Of a DNA stretch of 64,000 nucleotides, positions 59,401 to 64,000 are shown one piece after another. Position numbers and translations under genes: made by a program. Each line of letters opens with the position of its first letter. The first letter of the stretch is position 1. The notes under the pieces were generated by a model. That model had not been told where the DNA came from and ran no database searches. It saw only the letters and a program-made list of their open reading frames with translations. Origin of the DNA: Callorhinchus milii (taxonomy: Eukaryota); assembly GCF_018977255.1 (NCBI RefSeq), contig NW_024704742.1:85748001-85812000 (forward strand), in the 5' to 3' direction.

Positions 59401-60184
59401 CCCACCCACTCACTCACTCACTCACTCACCCACCCACTCACTCACTCACCCACCCACCCACCCACTCACCCACCCACCCACCACCCACTCACTCACCCAT
59501 CCACTCACCCACTCACCCATCCACTCACTCACTCACCCATCCACCCACTCACTCACTCACCCACCCACCCACCACTCACTCACTCACTCACTCACCCACC
59601 CACCCACTCACTCACTCACCCACCCATCCCCCCACTCACTCACCCATCCACTCACCCACTCACCCATCCACTCACTCACTCACCCATCCACTCACTCACT
59701 CACTCACTCACTCACTCACCCATCCACTCACTCACTCACTCACCCATCCACTCACTCACTCACTCACTCACCCATCCACTCACTCACTCACCCACCCACC
59801 CACTCACCCATCCACTCACTCACTCACCCATCCACTCACTCACTCACCCATCCACTCACTCACTCACCCATCCACTCACTCACTCACTCACTCACTCACC
59901 CATCCACTCACCCACTCACCCATCCACTCACTCACTCACCCATCCACTCACTCACTCACTCACTCACTCACCCATCCACTCACTCACTCACTCACCCATC
60001 CACTCACTCACTCACTCACTCACCCACCCACCCACCCACCCACTCACCCACCCACCTTGCCGTTCTTATCGACTCCCAGGATGTGATCGTTCAGGATTTG
60101 GACGGGAGAAACCTGAGTGGAATGCACGAAGGTTCCTCTGAACACTTGGAGGCTCCTCTCCTGCGAGCCCTGCTTGCTGGCCAT
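32396..60184 (-). CDS. GDA: Guanine deaminase (cypin), complete, 452 aa; complement(join(32396..32463,32871..32898,33464..33582,34788..34934,36090..36157,37378..37475,38725..38832,40173..40280,41263..41290,42806..42911,45313..45400,47936..48110,50846..50934,60056..60184))
   Basis: Fourteen GT-AG exons give a 1359-nt ORF. Amidohydrolase motifs [28 protein letters not shown] and GLGTD are intact. The start is in a strong Kozak context (CCCACCATGG). Confidence 0.96.
32871..32898 (-). CDS. GDA: GDA exon 13 (28-nt microexon): DIFQKFLLL
   Basis: tttcag| acceptor, |gtgagt donor. Confidence 0.92.
33464..33582 (-). CDS. GDA: GDA exon 12: (A)[39 protein letters not shown]
   Basis: ctgcag| acceptor, |gtaatt donor, 119 nt. 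Confidence 0.95.
34788..34934 (-). CDS. GDA: GDA exon 11: (D)[48 protein letters not shown]
   Basis: ttctag| acceptor, |gtagga donor, 147 nt. Confidence 0.96.
35578..36925. repeat. 194-bp inverted repeat pair (35578..35771 and 36732..36925)
   Basis: Manual alignment gives 8 mismatches in 194 bp with no gaps. Confidence 0.95.
36090..36157 (-). CDS. GDA: GDA exon 10: (S)[22 protein letters not shown]
   Basis: tttcag| acceptor, |gtgagt donor, 68 nt. Confidence 0.95.
36452..36998 (+). mobile_element. tRNA-headed SINE (long form) interrupted by a 194-bp inverted local copy
   Basis: SINE sequence breaks near 36732 and resumes near 36923. Confidence 0.85.
37378..37475 (-). CDS. GDA: GDA exon 9: [32 protein letters not shown]
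   Basis: tacag| acceptor, |gtgagt donor, 98 nt. Confidence 0.96.
37738..38055 (+). mobile_element. tRNA-headed SINE
   Basis: Same head, body and tail as the other copies. Confidence 0.9.
38725..38832 (-). CDS. GDA: GDA exon 8: [36 protein letters not shown]
   Basis: aacag| acceptor, |gtcagt donor, 108 nt; HxxE motif. Confidence 0.96.
39120..39710 (+). mobile_element. L2 RT fragment
   Basis: gttcctcagggttctgtcctc (VPQGSVL) and tacgcagatgacacccaa (YADDTQ). Confidence 0.85.
39816..40150 (-). mobile_element. L2 3' fragment
   Basis: [17 protein letters not shown] plus tail. Confidence 0.8.
40173..40280 (-). CDS. GDA: GDA exon 7: [36 protein letters not shown]
   Basis: tttcag| acceptor, |gtacat donor, 108 nt. 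Confidence 0.96.
41263..41290 (-). CDS. GDA: GDA exon 6 (28-nt microexon): (R)FVTELAKRK
   Basis: cacag| acceptor, |gtaaag donor; phases fit both neighbours. Confidence 0.9.
42806..42911 (-). CDS. GDA: GDA exon 5: (D)[34 protein letters not shown]
   Basis: tttcag| acceptor, |gtaaga donor, 106 nt. Confidence 0.96.
43774..43870. repeat. 26-bp minisatellite, ~3.7 copies (ATGACTGGTAATGCCCTGGTAACCGC)
   Basis: Directly visible head-to-tail units with no spacers. Confidence 0.9.
44020..44239. mobile_element. hAT-type (Charlie-like) non-autonomous DNA transposon, 220 bp
   Basis: 14-bp TIRs CAGGATGGTCCAAC / GTTGGACCACCCTG (13/14) and 8-bp TSD AATTAATT (44012-44019, 44240-44247). Confidence 0.85.
44870..45252 (+). 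mobile_element. Deu-SINE
   Basis: …cttcggatgagacataaaaccgaggccctgtctggcctttcaggtg…. Confidence 0.8.
45313..45400 (-). CDS. GDA: GDA exon 4: [29 protein letters not shown]
   Basis: ggcag| acceptor, |gtaaga donor, 88 nt. Confidence 0.96.
45530..45785 (+). mobile_element. Degenerate tRNA-headed SINE (long form, 3' truncated)
   Basis: Head and central segment are recognisable. Confidence 0.7.
47503..47828 (+). mobile_element. Young tRNA-headed SINE with 18-nt tail duplication, inserted into an older SINE 3' end
   Basis: tatcaaatgcaaggatta occurs twice; the older tail resumes to ~47900. Confidence 0.9.
47936..48110 (-). CDS. GDA: GDA exon 3: (M)[58 protein letters not shown]
   Basis: ttcag| acceptor, |gtatgc donor, 175 nt; Zn-binding HxH. 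Confidence 0.96.
48350..48600 (+). mobile_element. Deu-SINE fragment
   Basis: caggtggatgttaaaaatcccatggcacta…tail. Confidence 0.75.
48948..50365 (-). mobile_element. L2-clade LINE, 5'-truncated, frameshifted RT-to-3' end
   Basis: [54 protein letters not shown]. Confidence 0.92.
50846..50934 (-). CDS. GDA: GDA exon 2: [29 protein letters not shown]
   Basis: ttgcag| acceptor, |gtgagt donor, 89 nt. Confidence 0.93.
52324..52377 (+). ncRNA. Type-I hammerhead ribozyme relic (stem II 3' strand and G12 missing)
   Basis: Stem I 5' - CUGAUGA - GACCCC - AAAAA - CUAUC/AACA/GAUAG - UA - stem I 3'. Confidence 0.55.
52681..53176 (-). mobile_element. tRNA-headed SINE split by an L2 3' fragment and nested in a Deu-SINE
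   Basis: Tail at 52681, head ends ggactcc at 53176, foreign (CAA)n-tailed piece at ~52854-53005. Confidence 0.85.
54521..54830 (-). mobile_element. Deu-SINE fragment
   Basis: Deu core plus (TTA)n tail. Confidence 0.72.
55250..55650 (+). mobile_element. L2 3' fragment
   Basis: [17 protein letters not shown]…(GTT)n tail. Confidence 0.8.
57360..57612 (+). mobile_element. Deu-SINE fragment
   Basis: agatggatgttaaagatccca…tail. Confidence 0.7.
57924..58307 (-). mobile_element. tRNA-headed SINE (long form)
   Basis: Complete head-to-tail match to the family. Confidence 0.88.
58800..60055. repeat. Compound tetranucleotide array (CACT/CACC/CATC)n, ~1.25 kb
   Basis: Directly visible; no G seen on the + strand; abuts the GDA exon-1 donor. 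Confidence 0.98.
60056..60184 (-). CDS. GDA: GDA exon 1: [43 protein letters not shown]
   Basis: ATG at 60184; FRGTFVHS motif; donor AAG|GTGGGT. Confidence 0.93.
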
Positions 60185-60814
60185 GGTGGGCTGTGCTGGG
60201 CTGTGCTGGGCTCCCGGGTGTTGGGAGCTGGCACTGCGGAGCAGGTGGGAACAGACAGCGATCCAGAGGCGGCAGCAACAAGCTAGAAGTGGGCAGTCGC
60301 CAGGGACCTGCTGCTGTAACCAGTGCTCTGCCCTCCCCTTCCCGTCATCGCCAAAGGTTGTGGTGCGAAGATCCACCCAGGCTTTAGTGTGCAAGATAAG
60401 GGGACCATGTTTTGTAGGTCAAAGAGGAAATCACCATAATTCCTGATGCCCAGAGCAATGGAAAAGCCAGTTGGCTGTATTTCTCTGCTGAGTGTATCTG
60501 TTTCAGAATGCTATGGTCCTTTTGCTCAGTTGGTTACTGAAAGAGTGACACCTCAGAGTGTCGTGGGCATATTTGTTTTTGGGTATTTCCTATTGTTCAT
60601 GAGTTACTTTCAGTTTTATATTTTTCGCTGCAGTTACACCTGGTGACTGCCCAGTCAAAGGGGCACTGTGGCATCGTGTGTTGCAGAGTGCACAGGTAAC
60701 CAAGAGGAGGGACCAAAATAAAGAACACAGACAAAGCTAAGCCACCTCAACAACAAAATTACATTTGTAGAGCACGGAGTCCTCTCACTGAGTCCTCCCA
60801 CAGGAGCATAGATA

Positions 60815-62055
60815 ACAACAACAAAATTACATTTGTATAGCGCTTCTCATGTCGGGAGGATGTCCCAAGGCACTAGACAGTCAGAGTTACGGACCCAAAC
60901 TGGGGGTCAGGGAGGGTGGAGGGGGGTGGGTGGGGGAAGCAGGGAGATCGAAAGCACGGTTGAAGAGGATGGTCTCGAGATGGGTCTTGAAGGAGGCAAG
61001 GGAGGAGGCGAGGCAGAGGGACTGCAGGATGGAGTTCCAGAGGGTGGGTGCAGAGTGGCCGAAGGCCCGCCCGCCAATAGTGGGGAGAGCGAGTCAGGGG
61101 AAGTGAAGCAGGCTGGAGCCCTCTGTGCGGCGGGAGCGAGTAGGATGGTAGGGGGTTAGGAAGTCGCAGAGGTAGGGGTGCGCAAGACTGTAGAGGGCTT
61201 TGAAGGTGAGGACCAGGATCGTGAACTGTATCCTCTGTGATGGGAAGCCAGTGGAGTCAGGCGAGGATGGAGGCGATAGGGTCGCAGAGCCTAGTGTGAG
61301 AGGACATGGGCTGCAGAGTTCCCGCCATGATCTGCAGCCTGTGGAGGGAGGAGTTGGGGAGGACGACAAGCAATGAGTTTGCATAGTTGAGCCTCGATGT
61401 AATGAAAGCATTACATGAGGGTCATGAGTATGAGGGCTTCGGCGCCCTGTTGTGTGAGACAGTGGCGGAGCAGGGTGACGTTGCGGAGGTGGGGGAAGGC
61501 AAAGCGGGTCATGGCATGGATAATAATAATAATAATAATAATCCTTGCATTTGATATAGCGCTTTTCACGTCGGGAGGACGTCCCAAAGCGCTTCACAGA
61601 ATAGACTGTAAAGTGAATTGACTGTATATTTGTGGGCGAACGCGGCAGCAATTGCGCACAGCAATGTCCCACAAACAGTCGTAGATTGAAAATGACCAAT
61701 TTATTATTGTTTTTTGTTTTGGAGGGATTATTATTAGGCGTGTGGAGTAAGGAAACTTGCCCAAGGTTTCGCCCTGCCTGGAATTGAACTCAGATCTCTC
61801 GCTTGCAAAGCGAGAGCTCTAACCACTGAGGATGTGGGGTAGACAGGATAGTTGAGGGTCAAACAAGACCCCAAGGTTGCGGACTGGCTCAGTGAGGTGG
61901 AGTGTGCAACCATGGATGGTGATGCTGTCAGCGCCTGAGGTGAGGAGGCGCTGACGGGAGCCAATCAGGAGAGCCTCGGTCTTGTTGATGTTCAACTGAA
62001 GAAAGTTAGCTCTCATCCAGGACTTGATGTCTGACGGACATTCTGTCAGGACCAT
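60815..62055 (-). mobile_element. L2-clade LINE 3' part, interrupted by a SINE
   Basis: [24 protein letters not shown]; closely similar to the 48948 copy. Confidence 0.9.
61521..61830 (-). mobile_element. Young tRNA-headed SINE, 5'-truncated by ~12 nt, inserted into an L2
   Basis: L2 sequence is contiguous across the insertion when compared with the uninterrupted copy near 49570. Confidence 0.9.
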
Positions 62056-63059
62056 GGCTAATATTATTTCAGTCCATATTGGATCCTTTGGTTGCAAGCG
62101 TAGCTGCAACAGGTACAGTAATAATAAATGTGAAAGATAAAACCACTTTGATGCACAGTTTGAGCCATGGACTTAAAGCCAAACAGCTGAGGGTTATCTT
62201 GCCAATTGAAGCAAAATAAATACATTATTCCTGATCTCAAGTAATGATAAATTTCAATGTGCTAACCTCAACTACTTAGTACAGATAGATGCCCACCGCG
62301 ATAACAGAATTTGCTCTTGGGAGAACAGAGTGATCTAGCTAAAATGTACACAACTGTGGCACCTACTTGACCTGATCAGAAATCTTCAAACCTGGACTAA
62401 AGCTTGGAAGAAGGAAAGATGCAGAGTTCAGATGTAACTGCAGTATTTTACACAGTAAGTGGGGATATGTGAAATCCACTATTCCGGTCAATGGTGGAAG
62501 TGGATTGCGTCAACAAATTCCAATAGGAGCTTTAACAAAGAAATGGATTGATGGGGTATGAGTGATAAAATAATATAAGGAAATAGTTAAAATCATGAAT
62601 GGTCAAATATTATAACTGCATCCAGTCTTTGGACTGTGAAGTGTGAACATAGGAACAGGAGAAGGCAATTCAACTCCTTGAGCTTGTTCTGCCATTCTAT
62701 AAGATGATGGCTGATCTGCCTCTCAAATCCGATTACCCACCTTTGCCCCATATGCCTTGATACCCTGAAATCCAAGACCATTTCCAAACGTACCGCCTCC
62801 CACTGTGCGTCAGCAAACCGGATGCTGGGGTATTTTATAAAGCTATGATACTGAACTCATTTGAAAAGCAGCTTGACATGATGATGGGAGAATGGTATGA
62901 TGGATATTCTGGAGGGATGAGATCAGATGGGCTGAAGAGCCTTCTTTGTTCAGACCAACCTTGTGATAAGGGAGAACCAGGCTTGATGTTCTTTTTCACA
63001 TTCCATAAATATGTTATTTATAAAGTTCAGTAAATTAAAGCATAAAACTATTACAACTG

Positions 63060-63836
63060 AACAACAACAACAACAAGATTCCATTTATAAAGCGCCTTTC
63101 ACGTCAGGAGGACGTCCCAAGGCGCTGCACAGTTGGGTCATGACCCGAGCAGGGGGGAAATGGTCAGGGTGAGGGGAGGGAAGGGAGGAGGGAGCAAGGA
63201 GGGGGGAAATGGTCAGGGTGAGGGGAGGGAAGGGAGGGAGCGAGGAGGGGGAAGAGAGTCGAGAGGGGAGCTGAAGGCACGGTCAAAGAGAAAGGTTTTG
63301 AGACCGGCCTTGAAGGAGGAAAGGGAGGAGGCAAGGCGAAGGCACTGGGGGATGGAGTTCCAGAGCCTGGGGGCTGAGAGGCTGAAGGCCCGACCACCGA
63401 TGGTAGGGCGGTTGGGGCGGGGGATGTGGAGCAGACCAGAGCCAGAGGAACGGAGGGTACGGGCAGGTAGGTAGGGGGATAGTAGGTTGGAGAGGTAGGA
63501 GGGAGCAAGGCCGTGAATGGCCTTGTAGGTGAGGATGAGGATCTTGAAATCAATCCTCTGGGGGATGGGGAGCCAGTGGAGGCGAGCGAGGGTGGGAGTG
63601 ATGTGGTCCCGAAGCCTGGTGCGGGACAGTACACGAGCTGCAGAGTTCTGAATGACCTGCAGCTTGTGGAGGGAGGTGGCGGGAAGGCCGGCGAGGAGAG
63701 AGTTCCCATAGTCCAGCCTTGAGGTGACAAAGGCGTGGACCAGGGTTTCAGCAGCGTGAGGGGTGAGGTAGTGCCGTAGTCTGGCGATGTTCCGGAGGTG
63801 ATGGAAGGCGGTGCCAGTTGTGGTGCGGATGTGTGA
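63060..63836 (-). mobile_element. Young 5'-truncated L2 with an uninterrupted ORF2 C-terminus
   Basis: AFHHLRNIARLR…LHWLPIPQRIDFKILILTYKAIHGLAPSYLS…[15 protein letters not shown] has no stops; (GTT)n tail. Confidence 0.92.
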
Positions 63837-64000
63837 ACATTGCTGGTGATGCAATAATGCCATCACTTTTGCCATTTCTTAAAATTGGACAACTCTCCTT
63901 TAAAAACCTCGTCCCATGAGAATAATCAGAATTTACATAAATCACACAAGCATATTCAAGCTGGAGAAGAGAAGGTTGAGAGGGGATATGATTAGAGTCT

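Noticed and set aside
58758..60086. 442-aa His/Thr/Pro/Ser-rich ORF on the + strand
   Set aside because: It is a translation of the G-free tetranucleotide array, which can hardly contain stops. It has a GTG start inside an L2 relic and is antisense to GDA.
60185..60394. 70-codon in-frame N-terminal extension of GDA
   Set aside because: There is no upstream ATG (the track start is TTG). The ATG at 60184 has an ideal Kozak context and fits the expected N-terminus, and GC-rich leaders often lack stops.

Overview
This is vertebrate genomic DNA, not prokaryotic. The repeat complement (Deu-domain SINEs, L2, CR1, Penelope) points to a cartilaginous fish, possibly a holocephalan such as the elephant shark (inference). 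It holds two convergent, intact multi-exon genes that I assembled by hand from GT-AG junctions. CORO2A (coronin-2A, + strand) has 11 coding exons from <1 to 25167, with the N-terminal ~30 codons upstream of the window. GDA (guanine deaminase/cypin, - strand) has 14 coding exons from 60184 to 32396, encodes 452 aa, and keeps all metal and catalytic residues. Almost all other ORF-track entries are repeat-derived or spurious. There is no CRISPR array, genuine tRNA/rRNA gene or operon-like system. The most unusual structures are: (i) a 1.25 kb (GAGT/GGGT/GGAT)n array that begins at the GDA exon-1 donor and forms a field of 5' splice-site look-alikes and G-quadruplex motifs; (ii) two hammerhead-ribozyme relics, both antisense to their host genes; (iii) a 194-bp, ~96% identical inverted templated insertion flanking GDA exon 10; (iv) a near-perfect 101-nt intronic hairpin; (v) retroelement ends sitting on CORO2A splice sites; (vi) absence of the mammalian cypin PDZ-binding tail. 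Repeat boundaries are approximate. Comparisons with human proteins and repeat consensus sequences are from memory, not from searches.
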